Origin: an uncultured Chlamydiae bacterium
Lineage (GTDB): Bacteria; Chlamydiota; Chlamydiia; Chlamydiales; JAJFMB01
Direction: 5' to 3'
Assembly: GCA_963696295.1 (NCBI GenBank)
Contig: CAVOJR010000001.1
Location: forward strand, 1,632,001-1,696,000
DNA: 64,000 nucleotides
A program made the position numbers and the translations under genes. The notes beneath the pieces were generated by a model. The model was not told the origin of the DNA, searched no databases, and saw nothing but the letters and a program-made list of their open reading frames with translations. Positions 50,231 through 61,057 of the stretch are shown piece after piece (the stretch's first letter is position 1; every line of letters begins with the position of its first letter).

Positions 50231-52783
50231 ATGTTTGATAAATTCACAAACCGCGCAAAGCAAGTTATTAAACTCGCAAAAAAAGAAGCTCAACGACTCA
50301 ATCACAACTATTTAGGCACAGAACATGTCCTTTTGGGCCTGCTTAAGCTCGGACAGGGCGTGGCCGTCAACGTGCTGCGCAATCTGAACATCGATTTTGA
50401 AACCGTGCGCAATGAAGTGGAAAAACTCGTGGGCTATGGTCCTGAAATTCAAGTATATGGGGATCCAGCTCTTACCGGCAAAGTGAAAAAAGTCTTTGAA
50501 TACGCCAACGAGGAAGCCGCCAATCTCAACCATAATTATGTGGGCACCGAGCATTTGCTGCTGGGGCTTTTACGGCAGACAGACGGCGTGGCCGCTCAAG
50601 TGCTGGAAAATTTGAACGTAAATCTCAAAGAGGTGCGCAAAGAAGTTCTCAAAGAACTGGAAACCTTTAACCTGCAGCTGCCTCCTATCGGCGGCATCGG
50701 CGCTCAGCCGGGGCAAAAGCAGGAGCAGCCCGGCAACGGGGGGCAATCCAAGCCTTTTGAAAAGCCCGGCATGGGCGTATCGGATAAATTGCCCGCCCTC
50801 AAGGCGTATGGCTACGATCTGACCGAAATGACCCGCGAGGGAAGGATGGATCCGGTCATCGGCCGAAAGGAAGAGGTGGAGCGGTTAATCCAGATTCTTT
50901 GCCGCCGCCGCAAAAACAACCCGGTTCTGATCGGGGAAGCGGGTGTGGGTAAAACGGCGATTGTCGAGGGGCTCGCCCAAGCGATTGTCAAAGGGGAAGT
51001 GCCTGATAACCTGCGCAAGAAAAAGCTTATTACGCTCGATTTGGCTCTGATGATCGCCGGAACGAAATACCGCGGCCAGTTCGAAGAGAGAATCAAAGCC
51101 GTGATGGACGAGATCAAACGGCACGGCAATATCCTTCTTTTTATCGATGAATTGCACACGATCGTCGGCGCCGGAGCCGCTGAGGGAGCGATCGACGCTT
51201 CAAACATCTTGAAACCGGCCCTTTCGCGCGGCGAACTGCAGTGCATTGGAGCGACGACGGTAGACGAGTACCGCAAGCATATTGAAAAAGATGCGGCCTT
51301 AGAGCGAAGATTCCAAAAAATTCTGGTCCAGCCTCCCAGCGTCGACGATACGATTTCGATTCTTAAAGGGCTGAAAGACAAATACGAAGAGCATCATAAG
51401 TGCCATTACACCGAAGATGCGATTCAGGCGGCGGCGATTCTTTCAGACCGCTACCTGCATGGGCGCTTCCTGCCTGATAAAGCGATCGATCTGATCGATG
51501 AAGCGGGAGCTAAAATGCGCATTGCGATGATGAACCAGCCCCAGGATATTTCGCGGCTGGAGTCGGAAATCGAAGAGACGCGTCTTGCCAAAGAAGAGGC
51601 GATCAGCCGGCAAGAGTATGAAAAAGCCGCTAAATTGCGCGATAAGGAGAAAACGTTAAGAGAGAAGCTGCAGAAGATTCGCGCCGAGTGGGAAGTGAAT
51701 AAGGAAGAGCACGAGGTGATCGTGGAGGATGAGGATGTGGCCAGCGTCGTGGCCAAGCAGACCGGGATTCCTCTCAACCGGCTGACCGAAGGGGAGACCC
51801 AAAAAGTGCTCAAAATGGAAGAGATTTTAAGAGAGAGCATCATCGGCCAGGATCCTGCGCTGAAAACGGTCTGCAGCGCCATTCGCCGCAGCCGCGCTGA
51901 TATTAAAGATCCGAACCGGCCGATCGGCGCTTTCATGTTCCTCGGCCCGACCGGTGTGGGGAAAACACTGCTCGCCAAATTGCTGGCGATCCACCTTTTT
52001 GGCGGCGAAGACGCGCTGATTCAGGTGGATATGTCCGAGTATATGGAGAAATTCGCCGTCAGCCGTCTGACCGGTTCTCCTCCCGGATATGTGGGTTATG
52101 AAGAGGGGGGCCAGATTACCGAGCAGGTGCGGCAAAGACCCTACTCTGTGGTGTTATTTGATGAGATAGAGAAAGCTCACCCCGATGTCATGAACTTGCT
52201 GCTGCAAATTCTGGAAGAGGGACGCCTGACCGATTCGTTTGGCCGCAAAGTCGATTTCCGCAATACCATTGTGATCATGACGTCCAACCTTGGCGCCGAT
52301 TTGATCAAGAAAAGCACCGAAGTGGGTTTTGGCGCGAAAGAGGGTTCGTTGGATTATGAATCTATGAAAGAAAAAATCAGGACGGCGGCCACCAAGCAAT
52401 TTAAGCCTGAGTTTCTCAACAGATTGAACGATATGGTCATTTTCCAGCCATTGAACCGGGAAAGCCTGATGCATGTCATCGAGCTGGAAGTCGCCAAGCT
52501 GCAAAACCGTTTGAAGAAGAAGATGGTCACCATCAAACTGGATCAGAAATCGAAGGAATTTTTGGTGGAGAAAGGGTTCCAGCCCGAAATGGGCGCGAGG
52601 CCTTTGCGCCGCACCATAGAGACTTATTTAGAAGATCCGTTGGCAGAGCAGCTCTTGACCTATCCCGATGAGAAGATGCATTTCAATGTCGTGCTCGAGG
52701 GAGACCAGCTGGTCTTTCATAAAGAGGGCGAGATCAGAGAAGGGGTAAATAGCGAAGAGGCGCTAAAAAGTACTGGGAAATAA
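50231..52783 (+). CDS. clpC: ATP-dependent Clp protease ATP-binding subunit ClpC
   Basis: Two Clp-N repeats ([16 protein letters not shown]), [11 protein letters not shown]-like middle domain, [15 protein letters not shown]. Confidence 0.97.
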   Translation: MFDKFTNRAKQVIKLAKKEAQRLNHNYLGTEHVLLGLLKLGQGVAVNVLRNLNIDFETVRNEVEKLVGYGPEIQVYGDPALTGKVKKVFEYANEEAANLNHNYVGTEHLLLGLLRQTDGVAAQVLENLNVNLKEVRKEVLKELETFNLQLPPIGGIGAQPGQKQEQPGNGGQSKPFEKPGMGVSDKLPALKAYGYDLTEMTREGRMDPVIGRKEEVERLIQILCRRRKNNPVLIGEAGVGKTAIVEGLAQAIVKGEVPDNLRKKKLITLDLALMIAGTKYRGQFEERIKAVMDEIKRHGNILLFIDELHTIVGAGAAEGAIDASNILKPALSRGELQCIGATTVDEYRKHIEKDAALERRFQKILVQPPSVDDTISILKGLKDKYEEHHKCHYTEDAIQAAAILSDRYLHGRFLPDKAIDLIDEAGAKMRIAMMNQPQDISRLESEIEETRLAKEEAISRQEYEKAAKLRDKEKTLREKLQKIRAEWEVNKEEHEVIVEDEDVASVVAKQTGIPLNRLTEGETQKVLKMEEILRESIIGQDPALKTVCSAIRRSRADIKDPNRPIGAFMFLGPTGVGKTLLAKLLAIHLFGGEDALIQVDMSEYMEKFAVSRLTGSPPGYVGYEEGGQITEQVRQRPYSVVLFDEIEKAHPDVMNLLLQILEEGRLTDSFGRKVDFRNTIVIMTSNLGADLIKKSTEVGFGAKEGSLDYESMKEKIRTAATKQFKPEFLNRLNDMVIFQPLNRESLMHVIELEVAKLQNRLKKKMVTIKLDQKSKEFLVEKGFQPEMGARPLRRTIETYLEDPLAEQLLTYPDEKMHFNVVLEGDQLVFHKEGEIREGVNSEEALKSTGK

Positions 52784-52843
52784 AAAATAAATTGATATTA
52801 ATTTATCAGTCTGCTATTATTTTGTAATAAATTGAGGTTTATT

Positions 52844-54559
52844 ATGAAAAAATTGCTTTTCCTATGCTTAATTTTACCTGCTTTTATCTTTTCGGCTCCG
52901 CCTACCAAAGAAGCCATGCTGCAGGATTTTGAAATCCTCAAAAATACCTACGCGGTGCGCTATGCCCCCGGGGATTGGAAAAAGCAATATTGCGACTGGG
53001 AAATGGAGCGGGCGGCCCAGGAATCGGTTAAGTCAATAAATAATTTGAAAAAGCCGACTGTCAAGGCGTATCAGCATATCGTCAGTTTGTTCCTTCAGTC
53101 GATGCGCGATGTTCACGTAAGGGGCATTTTCTATTCCACTGAAGCCTCAATGCTCCCTTTCACTTTAAGAACCGTCGATAATCGTTTCTTTATTACTGCC
53201 GTGCACAGCAAATTTGAGGAGCTTTTTCCGGGTGTTTTGAATGTCGGCGATGAATTGCTCTCCTTCGACTCTGTTCCCGCTGCCAGATGTTTAGAGGAGA
53301 TTATGAAGTGGAAAGGCTACAACCCTGACTCTCCTACCGACCGCTCTTTAGCAACCCGCTTTTTGACTTTCGCCACCGCCTCGCAAGATCTCAAGGTGAA
53401 GGAAGGGCCGGTCACATTGACCCTTAGGAAAGCGGATAGCGGCATGATCGAGGATATTGAGATGGAATGGCTCTATCAGCCGGAGCGCATTTTTAACGGC
53501 ATTACGACCGAGCCTAAAGCGGAAAACCAGGGCTCCTTATTCCGCATCGATATGAGTCATCCGTTTTATGGCGATGAGCTGCAGCTGCAAAACCAGCTGG
53601 TTAAGAAAAAATTTCAGCAATTGGACGATAATCTGCAAGTCATAGGGGCCAGAAAAAGCTTCGTTCCCGTCTTGGGCGATCTGCTTTGGGAGTCGGAGCA
53701 GGATACTTTCTTTTACGCCTACCTTTTTGAAACGGAAAACCAGCATAAAGTGGGTTATATCCGGATCCCCTCGTTTTCTCCCGAATCGTTAAAAGAGAAT
53801 TCCGTGAAGGTTAAAGAGGTGGAGGAGTTTGCCAAGCTGATTTCCTATCTCGAAGAGCACAGCGAGACCTTGATCATCGATGTGGTGGATAATCCCGGGG
53901 GAGCCGCTTTATTTATGTATACCTTGGCTTCCATGCTGACCGACACTCCGCTGGTTCCGCCTAAATTTCGCCAGACAATTACCCAGCAGCATATTATCGG
54001 GGCGTTGAGTGAGGTGGATGAATTAGAGGAAATACATGACGACGCAGATGCAAGAGATGTGTTGGGGGATACCTTGCAGGGTTATCCGGTAGACTATCGC
54101 CTGGCTCAGAGCCTGCTCAAGCACTGCCGTTTCCTGATCGACGAATGGAATTCGGGCAAGCGCATCACAAATTATGACTATTTGCTGGGGATGAGCACTC
54201 TCGCTCCGTATCCTTATGTGCATTATACAAAACCGATTATCGTTTTGACGAATGAGCTGAGTATTTCCTGCGGAGATTTTTTCCCTGCGATTCTTCAAGA
54301 CAATAAAAGGGCTCTCATTTTTGGGGCCAAAACGGCGGGCGCCGGCGGCGGCGTGCAGATGTTTACCCATCCCAATCATTTTGGCATTGCCGGCTATTCT
54401 TGTACGAGTTCCATCGCCGAGAGGGTCAACCGCGAACCGATTGAGAATCTCGGAGTGACGCCCGACATATCTTATGATGTGACCGTAGAGGATATGCAAG
54501 GGGGCTACAAGCAGTACGCCGAAGCCGTCAAAAAGCTTTTGCAAGATGTAATTGGTTAG
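52844..54559 (+). CDS. Chlamydial protease-like activity factor CPAF (S41 family) or paralog
   Basis: Signal peptide; YAPGDWKK, MRDVHV, VGYIRIPSF, DNPGG, SCGDFFPAILQDN, TAGAGG, IENLGVTP. Confidence 0.9.
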   Translation: MKKLLFLCLILPAFIFSAPPTKEAMLQDFEILKNTYAVRYAPGDWKKQYCDWEMERAAQESVKSINNLKKPTVKAYQHIVSLFLQSMRDVHVRGIFYSTEASMLPFTLRTVDNRFFITAVHSKFEELFPGVLNVGDELLSFDSVPAARCLEEIMKWKGYNPDSPTDRSLATRFLTFATASQDLKVKEGPVTLTLRKADSGMIEDIEMEWLYQPERIFNGITTEPKAENQGSLFRIDMSHPFYGDELQLQNQLVKKKFQQLDDNLQVIGARKSFVPVLGDLLWESEQDTFFYAYLFETENQHKVGYIRIPSFSPESLKENSVKVKEVEEFAKLISYLEEHSETLIIDVVDNPGGAALFMYTLASMLTDTPLVPPKFRQTITQQHIIGALSEVDELEEIHDDADARDVLGDTLQGYPVDYRLAQSLLKHCRFLIDEWNSGKRITNYDYLLGMSTLAPYPYVHYTKPIIVLTNELSISCGDFFPAILQDNKRALIFGAKTAGAGGGVQMFTHPNHFGIAGYSCTSSIAERVNREPIENLGVTPDISYDVTVEDMQGGYKQYAEAVKKLLQDVIG

Positions 54560-54565
54560 CCGAAG

Positions 54566-56224
54566 TTATTTGGTTTCCAGGCTCAAACAGTGCACGCCAA
54601 GGTATAAATCATTCAAAAGTTTTTCCGCTGAGGAAAAATCGGCAGGGTCGCGAGGATTTCTCCCGACAAAATAAATAGCGGCGTTGCATTGGCTTTTTAA
54701 GAAGAGGGTAAAGGCGTCCATCAATAATGACCCCAGCTTCTTTCCAAGCGATGTTCCCCCTATGATGTAGTAGTGTTGATTCGTCTTAGGGGAAAAACCT
54801 GAAATCGCATTAAAAAAATTGACCCGCTTTGTTTTTCCGGAGTTGACCGCAAAAAAGGCCCCAGGTGTCAAAGTGACGGTAAAACCCGCCTCCTCAAGTA
54901 TTTTCCTGGTTTTTTGCATCACTTCCTTCACAGCTTGTCCCTCTTTGCTTGTGGAGTCTATCATTTGATCCAACAATTTAAGGTCTTCCTGACCGGTGAG
55001 ATGGGGCCTGATTTTTTGCAGCAATTCGCAAGACTTGTCAAAATCCTGAAGTAAAATCGAGCCGCCCGGCCCCGGAGTCATTAAACAGTCGAGATGGTAG
55101 TCAATTTGGGGCAGAAAGACAACTTGGCCGCTTTCCACTTTTAGGTCGTAGGGGATGATCGTCTGTTCGACAAAGGTTCTCTCGGCCAGGTAATTGACAG
55201 TGATTTCCTTCGCTTTTTTCCGGTCGGCGGGAGTCGCTAAATTGGGCGATTTGAGCAGACCCATGGCCAGCATTTCAAAAAAAAGGCCTTGAACTTTTTC
55301 TTCGGTGAAGCTTGGTGAAATCTTCGCTTCGAGCGCTTTAATTTTAGCGGGGATTTCCCCTGAAAGATAGGCATTGCTGGTAGAATCTTGCCATTGCTCT
55401 GAACGGCATTTTTCATAAGGAAAGGCGGGGCTTTCTTTATCCGGAGCCTTGAAAAAACCCATTCTACGCAGCATCATATGGGTCACCGTGACATTATCCT
55501 CCCCGCAAAGAACGACTTTTTTTCCATTGGGCGAAGTCAGGCGGAACAGATTCCCTCCCTCAAAGTACATATGGCCCATTTGCCTGGAATATATACCCGA
55601 ACAACTTGAAGAGTTGGTTTTGGGCTTCGTCGGTTTTACCTTCAAATTTTCGTCCTCACTCGTGCCTTGCCTATCGGCAATGGTCACTCGTTCCGGACAA
55701 AAATTTGAAGGAACCTCCTTGCCCAATTCCCAACTCTTCAAGTTGTTCGGGTATAGAGCGGGCACGTCGGGGTTTGAAGGTTCTAAAATATCTCTTAGAA
55801 TATTTTTAAACTGGCCCGCATATCCTATAAATTTGTGTTTATTCTCAGGAATAGTTGTGATGGCCGCGCGTTCTTTCCGAAAATTTATCCTATAATTGCA
55901 GCGCTCCTTAGCTGTTTCAAAATGATCGCCCGAATAAAAAGCATTTGGGACGATGAAACTCGTGTTATTGATAAAAAAACGGTAATCTCTTTCTGTCAAA
56001 ACGATTTGAGATTCTTTAACCTGAAACCCCTCTCTTTCAGCGACTAATTTGACATCCCTTAAATACCGGTCGGAGGAATCGGGGTGGGCTTTGGAAAAGA
56101 GAAGTTCTTTAATCACTCTTCCAAAATCACTTTGCGCATCAAACATCCCTGTGGGGGGAGCGATAGCGGCTGGAGGAAACAAACCGGTAAGATTATTATT
56201 TATTTGATGAGGTTGAATAGACAT
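54566..56224 (-). CDS. Pentein (amidinotransferase/deiminase superfamily)-like effector candidate
   Basis: Ordered motifs TERD, FEGGN, YHLD, NFFN and C-terminal GVHC; low-complexity N-terminus MSIQPHQINNN. Confidence 0.68.
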   Translation of the reverse strand: MSIQPHQINNNLTGLFPPAAIAPPTGMFDAQSDFGRVIKELLFSKAHPDSSDRYLRDVKLVAEREGFQVKESQIVLTERDYRFFINNTSFIVPNAFYSGDHFETAKERCNYRINFRKERAAITTIPENKHKFIGYAGQFKNILRDILEPSNPDVPALYPNNLKSWELGKEVPSNFCPERVTIADRQGTSEDENLKVKPTKPKTNSSSCSGIYSRQMGHMYFEGGNLFRLTSPNGKKVVLCGEDNVTVTHMMLRRMGFFKAPDKESPAFPYEKCRSEQWQDSTSNAYLSGEIPAKIKALEAKISPSFTEEKVQGLFFEMLAMGLLKSPNLATPADRKKAKEITVNYLAERTFVEQTIIPYDLKVESGQVVFLPQIDYHLDCLMTPGPGGSILLQDFDKSCELLQKIRPHLTGQEDLKLLDQMIDSTSKEGQAVKEVMQKTRKILEEAGFTVTLTPGAFFAVNSGKTKRVNFFNAISGFSPKTNQHYYIIGGTSLGKKLGSLLMDAFTLFLKSQCNAAIYFVGRNPRDPADFSSAEKLLNDLYLGVHCLSLETK

Positions 56225-56275
56225 GGTTATTACTATAACAAAAAAGAGATATTATTTAAATATAGAATGTAATCT

Positions 56276-58324
56276 TTACTTTTTGGGAGAGCGGCGCGGT
56301 TTAACGCGGTTTCCCTCGTCTGAAGGCGCGGGGATTTCTATAAGCTCCCCCTCGGAAGAAAGGCTGAGTATGGTTCCATTAATGGGCGGCAACAGGATTT
56401 TCTTTTGCAGCAGGCAGCGGATCTGCCCCTCATTCAGCTCGGTCTCTTTGTATTGCTTCCAGAGGACAAAGGCGCATCCTTCGCGCCACTTGGAGCAGCC
56501 ATACCCCTTGTTTCCTTTGATGACCGGACTTTTACATTTCGGGCAGGGGCCGTAAATATCGTAATTGATCTTGGAAATATCGCTTTCCAGGATGATCTGC
56601 CTGGTAAATTGGGAAATGCCCTGCATAAAATCGGCAGGGCTAAAAGTTCCCTTTTCGATCTCTTTGAGCCGGGCTTCCCATTCCCCTGTCAGTTCCGGGG
56701 ACTTCAGGTTAGGATCCTGGACGAGGGCGATTAAGTAGCGTCCCAAATCGGTGGCAGTCAGCGCTTTTTTGCTCCGTTCAATATATTTTCTCTTGATAAG
56801 CGTTTCAATGATAGAAGCTCTCGTAGCCGGCGTTCCAATCCCCTTCTCTTTTAAAGCCTGCCTTAACGTTTCATCTTCAACCCCCTTTCCCGCTGTCTCC
56901 ATCGCTCCCAGCAAAGTGTTTTCATTAAAATGGGCGGGCGGTTTTGTTTTCCCTTCAGTAATATAGGGGGCGTGGGGGCCGTTTTCCCCCTTCTTGAAAA
57001 GGGGCAGCTCCTGAATCTCCTTATCGTCGGATTTTTTGGGATAAAGGACTGTCCATCCCGGCGAAACTATTCTGACGCCTTTCGCCTGGAAGGGCTTCTG
57101 ATTGGAGCTGCCTTCGATAGTCGTCGCTTCTTTCAAGCAGGAGGGATAAAAAACGGCAATTAATCTTGTGACAAGGGCCTCATAGATCGCCTGGGAGGGG
57201 AAAGGCAAGGCGCCGCCCGGTTTTCCGGTGGGCAGGATCGCATGGTGGTCGCTGACTTTTTTGTCGTCGATGATGCGATTGGAAAAAGGGAGCTCGGTCA
57301 AATTCAGGAGCCCGATCTCATCAGGCTTAATTTTTTTCAACTGGGTGAGGATCTGCGCTACTTGCCCCTTCATGTCATTGGTCAGGTAGCGGGAATCTGT
57401 TCTTGGATAGGTGATCAGCTTTTGTTCGTACAGCGCTTGAGCGGTCTGCAGAGTGTCGGCGGCTGTCATGCCGTGCCTGCGATTCATTTCGCGCTGCAGT
57501 TCGGTTAAGTCAAAGAGGAGCGGAGGGGGTTCTTTTTCATTTTTTGTGGTGACTTTGTCGATAAAAAAGGGGTGGTCTTTCACGTCGTTTAGAGCAAGAC
57601 TGCCCTCCTCTTTTGACAAAAAACGATCCCCTTTCAGTTTGAATTCGACGTTCCTGTATTTTGTGAACAGCTCCCAAAAGGGCTTTGATTGGAAATAGCG
57701 GATCTCATCGTCGCGATTGACAATCATGGCTAAAACAGGTGTCTGGACCCGTCCTACGCTCCACAAGGTTTTGCCGGCGCCGTAGCGGACCGTGAAATTT
57801 CTGGTGGCATTGAGGCCTACGATCCAATCAGATTCGCTGCGGCACTTGGCGGCAGCGTATAAGTTGTTATAATCGGCTCCGGGCTTCAAGTTTTTGAAGG
57901 CTGTTTGCAGCGCTTCTTCGGTCAAGGAGGAGAGCCAGAGCCTTTTCCACGGTTTTTGCCCGCATTGCGTCATGGAGAGGATGTAGCGGAAAATGAGTTC
58001 CCCTTCCCGTCCGGCGTCGGTCGCACAGATGAGCTGCGAGGCTGATTTAAACAGCTTTTTTATAATTGCAAATTGTTTGCGCACTCCTTTATCATCGACT
58101 ACTTTTAATTCGAATCGCTCCGGTATAAACGGAAGCGTGGTTAGAGTCCATCGTTTCAAAAGAGGGTCGTAATCTTCCGGATCTTTCAGAGCGATGAGGT
58201 GGCCAAAGGCCCAGGTGACCTGATACCCGTTTCCTTCAAAATAGCCTTCGTGGCGGCTTCTCGCACCGATGTGCGCGGCGATATCCCGCGCCACTGACGG
58301 CTTTTCGGTGAGGATGACGATCAT
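56276..58324 (-). CDS. topB: DNA topoisomerase III
   Basis: EKPSVA, ATDAGREGELIF, SVGRVQTP, ITYPRTDS, GIGTPATRA, C-terminal Zn ribbon. Confidence 0.92.
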   Translation of the reverse strand: MIVILTEKPSVARDIAAHIGARSRHEGYFEGNGYQVTWAFGHLIALKDPEDYDPLLKRWTLTTLPFIPERFELKVVDDKGVRKQFAIIKKLFKSASQLICATDAGREGELIFRYILSMTQCGQKPWKRLWLSSLTEEALQTAFKNLKPGADYNNLYAAAKCRSESDWIVGLNATRNFTVRYGAGKTLWSVGRVQTPVLAMIVNRDDEIRYFQSKPFWELFTKYRNVEFKLKGDRFLSKEEGSLALNDVKDHPFFIDKVTTKNEKEPPPLLFDLTELQREMNRRHGMTAADTLQTAQALYEQKLITYPRTDSRYLTNDMKGQVAQILTQLKKIKPDEIGLLNLTELPFSNRIIDDKKVSDHHAILPTGKPGGALPFPSQAIYEALVTRLIAVFYPSCLKEATTIEGSSNQKPFQAKGVRIVSPGWTVLYPKKSDDKEIQELPLFKKGENGPHAPYITEGKTKPPAHFNENTLLGAMETAGKGVEDETLRQALKEKGIGTPATRASIIETLIKRKYIERSKKALTATDLGRYLIALVQDPNLKSPELTGEWEARLKEIEKGTFSPADFMQGISQFTRQIILESDISKINYDIYGPCPKCKSPVIKGNKGYGCSKWREGCAFVLWKQYKETELNEGQIRCLLQKKILLPPINGTILSLSSEGELIEIPAPSDEGNRVKPRRSPKK

Positions 58325-58719
58325 AGATCCCCCTCAAAAAAACGGAGCAGATAGCCGTCCGGATCTTGAACTAAAAATTGCTTATGGTTTATTTCTTTCT
58401 CTCCAATCCGGTACCGTTTTTCTTCCATTTCGAAGAAGATGGGGTAATTGGCCTTCTTAAATGTCTGATAGAGGCTTTGAACGTCATCTACTTTAATCTG
58501 TAAGTGCATGCCACGGCCAAAAGGCTTTTCCATGGATCCGACAAACCAGGTGCGGCTTTTGTCGAACCCTTCGATCATCAATTGCGCGCCGTTTATTTCC
58601 AGCATGGCAAAATCATTTTCGGGCCGCTCATAGAGGATTTTAAAGGGGGCCAGGCGGGTGTAAAAATCTAGACTTTTCTGAAAGTCGGTAACTTTAAATT
58701 CAGGGATAAGCACATTCAC
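58321..58719 (-). CDS. VOC/glyoxalase-bleomycin resistance family protein
   Basis: LIPEFKVTDFQKSLDFY, PFGRGMHLQI, QFLVQDPDGYLLRF; GTG overlaps the upstream stop. Confidence 0.85.
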   Translation of the reverse strand: MNVLIPEFKVTDFQKSLDFYTRLAPFKILYERPENDFAMLEINGAQLMIEGFDKSRTWFVGSMEKPFGRGMHLQIKVDDVQSLYQTFKKANYPIFFEMEEKRYRIGEKEINHKQFLVQDPDGYLLRFFEGDL

Positions 58720-58925
58720 ACTTTTTTCAGAAAGCATGTTTTGAGGACAAGCGTCGCTTTTCCCTCGCGGCACTCCACCTCTTCTTCGCTGTCTGTCAGT
58801 TTGATATTTTTAAAAACTTTTCCCCGCTTGAGATTCAGCGTGGAGCCTTTTACTTTTAAATCTTTAATGACCTGTACCGAGTCCCCTTCGTTCAGGGGAT
58901 TGCCGTTGCTATCTTTTACCGCCAT
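58716..58925 (-). CDS. PhnA/YjdM C-terminal domain protein
   Basis: KDSNGNPLNEGDSVQVIKDLKVKG...LKTCFLKK; lacks the N-terminal Zn ribbon. Confidence 0.85.
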   Translation of the reverse strand: MAVKDSNGNPLNEGDSVQVIKDLKVKGSTLNLKRGKVFKNIKLTDSEEEVECREGKATLVLKTCFLKKV

Positions 58926-59046
58926 CTTCCCGCTCCTTGTTTGACTCATCATACCTAAGAAGTTGAACAAAGTCTAGCCGGAGTTCATCTCATTTATGGG
59001 TTCTCTATCAATTTTTATTATGATAACAGCAAGTCTGTCATCAAAG

Positions 59047-60114
59047 TCAAGTGGATGTAAGTGGCAAATGCAAGACATAAAACTCGTTGGAGGCACTGGA
59101 TGCCATAAATTCGGATGGCTTGATCATCTCTTGATTGCGATCTTCGCTATCAATCTTAATCCACTCATCATTTTGATTTTTTCTAAAAGCGACAAAGTGG
59201 TCGGGGTTATGATGCCCTACAATCATTCTATCCAATTGATTTTCTTGTGCTTCTATTTCCTTCACTTGAGCTTTGTTGATTAAATGTAGTTCCATTTGAG
59301 AAAAGCGCGCATCGAGTTTATTGTTTTTTGCCAGATCATGAATGTAATCATTAAGGGTTGCCGGATTGTTACCGCTAGAGGCATCGGCGATCCCACCTGC
59401 ATATCCATCTTCATATTCACTCGCAAATTCAACAACACTGGTAGCTGGCAGTCCACCAGAATAGTAATCGCTGTTAAAACGAGACATGTCGGAAGATGTG
59501 GCAGCGCGAAAACCGACACAGGCGTTCAAAGCATGGATCCCGCATTGCCCTTCTTTCTGTTTTTCGTGATAAAAAGGCTCGCCTTGTTGCACTGGGTTAG
59601 GGGTTTCTTTGGAGTGATAGTGCGCGACCATATCGTTTGTGATTGATACATTAAAAAATAATATTCGATCATCTCCATTCAATTTCAATGCTTTCAGCCT
59701 GTCATCTGTAAGAGTCACAAATTGACCATTTTCTAAAATCTGTAACTCACTTGCATTTTTATTATCCTTTATCTCGTTTTTTATCAAAAAAACCCTCTGT
59801 TTTAAATCGAAGGTTACAGGGTCTTTGTATTCTTGAAAAATGGCAATATAAGGTCTTGAATCAATAGCATCCAGCATGTCAGATGAACTATTGTAGAGAT
59901 TACAGCAAAAATATTCGTTATATTGTCTAATATTGCAGCAGTTTCTAGTGCCGGTGCCGATTTTAAAATCCTTGGCCTGAAAAGCCATAGACAAATCCAG
60001 GTTGGTAGCTGTGGGTTTTATGGCATTTAATTTTGATATGAGATCTTGTTCTTTTTGAGTTAAAAGTGATGAAGAAGTTGAATGAGCAACATTTGAAATT
60101 GGTGAAATATTCAT
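59047..60114 (-). CDS. Josephin (MJD)-domain deubiquitinase-like effector
   Basis: FYHEKQKEGQCGIHALN and DHFVAFRK...WIKIDS match the Josephin Cys, His and Asn/Asp motifs; N-terminus MNISPISN. Confidence 0.82.
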   Translation of the reverse strand: MNISPISNVAHSTSSSLLTQKEQDLISKLNAIKPTATNLDLSMAFQAKDFKIGTGTRNCCNIRQYNEYFCCNLYNSSSDMLDAIDSRPYIAIFQEYKDPVTFDLKQRVFLIKNEIKDNKNASELQILENGQFVTLTDDRLKALKLNGDDRILFFNVSITNDMVAHYHSKETPNPVQQGEPFYHEKQKEGQCGIHALNACVGFRAATSSDMSRFNSDYYSGGLPATSVVEFASEYEDGYAGGIADASSGNNPATLNDYIHDLAKNNKLDARFSQMELHLINKAQVKEIEAQENQLDRMIVGHHNPDHFVAFRKNQNDEWIKIDSEDRNQEMIKPSEFMASSASNEFYVLHLPLTST

Positions 60115-60313
60115 AATATACTCCTTTTTTTATATGTTCACATCGTTTCCAACTCTTCAAGTTATTTATATTTCAAGATCCCTTACCCTGGGGGTTATAT
60201 TGCATAATCATCCATATTAATATAATATCATTTATTGATTTATTTTAGTTGAAAAACATTTAACTTGCTTTTAATTTTTAATTATAGTATAATTTTGTTT
60301 GGAGGATATAGTA

Positions 60314-61057
60314 ATGTCTTGTGCCTTAGAAAAGTGTAATTATTCTACTTTGGAGATACCAGGCAAAGTGGATGATGCTCAACTTGTTACAAACGTCCAA
60401 TCTGCACAAAAAAAGGTGGAATATATCGACAATTCCTTACAATTTGTAACTGACAGAGGTTTTGAATTCTTGATCGCTCAATGCCCCGATTTGAAAAAGG
60501 TCAAAATTTGTTATGCTGCCATCACAGATAAAACATTTTCATTATTAGTCAGTAAATGTAAAATTGAAGATATTATTTTATTCAATACAGTGAATATTAC
60601 TAAACAAAGCTTCATTGAATTAAGTAATAGTCCTGCCAAAGATACTCTAAAAAGACTAAACTTAACTAACATGCCCTCTCTGGATGTAGAAGGGGTAGAG
60701 TCTGTTTTAAAAAACACATCAGTGCAAAAACTCACCTTGACCTTACAATGGAAGATCACAAAAGCTGCTCTCATCGAAACACTGAGGAAAAACAAATTTG
60801 AATCGAGCAAGCTTATTTCCTTAACATTGACTGGATTGCAATGCGATGACGAAGTTGTAGAAGAGACTATAAAGAAGTTACCAGCGCTGCAAAAATTATC
60901 TCTTCGCCTCTCTAGTGTGACTAATAAGACTCTTGAAATATTTGCGAAAAGTAATCTCAGGAAAATAAAACTCGTCCGTTTTAAAGCCGATGCTCAAGGT
61001 GATCAGATGATAGCGCGCTTAAGAGAACAGGGTATAGAAGTCAAATTAGTTAATTAA
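60314..61057 (+). CDS. Eukaryote-like leucine-rich repeat protein (FBXL/AMN1-type repeats)
   Basis: VTDRGFEFLIAQCPDLKKVKI, ITDKTF, LKRLNL, LPALQKLSL; GGAGG RBS before ATG 60314. Confidence 0.75.
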   Translation: MSCALEKCNYSTLEIPGKVDDAQLVTNVQSAQKKVEYIDNSLQFVTDRGFEFLIAQCPDLKKVKICYAAITDKTFSLLVSKCKIEDIILFNTVNITKQSFIELSNSPAKDTLKRLNLTNMPSLDVEGVESVLKNTSVQKLTLTLQWKITKAALIETLRKNKFESSKLISLTLTGLQCDDEVVEETIKKLPALQKLSLRLSSVTNKTLEIFAKSNLRKIKLVRFKADAQGDQMIARLREQGIEVKLVN

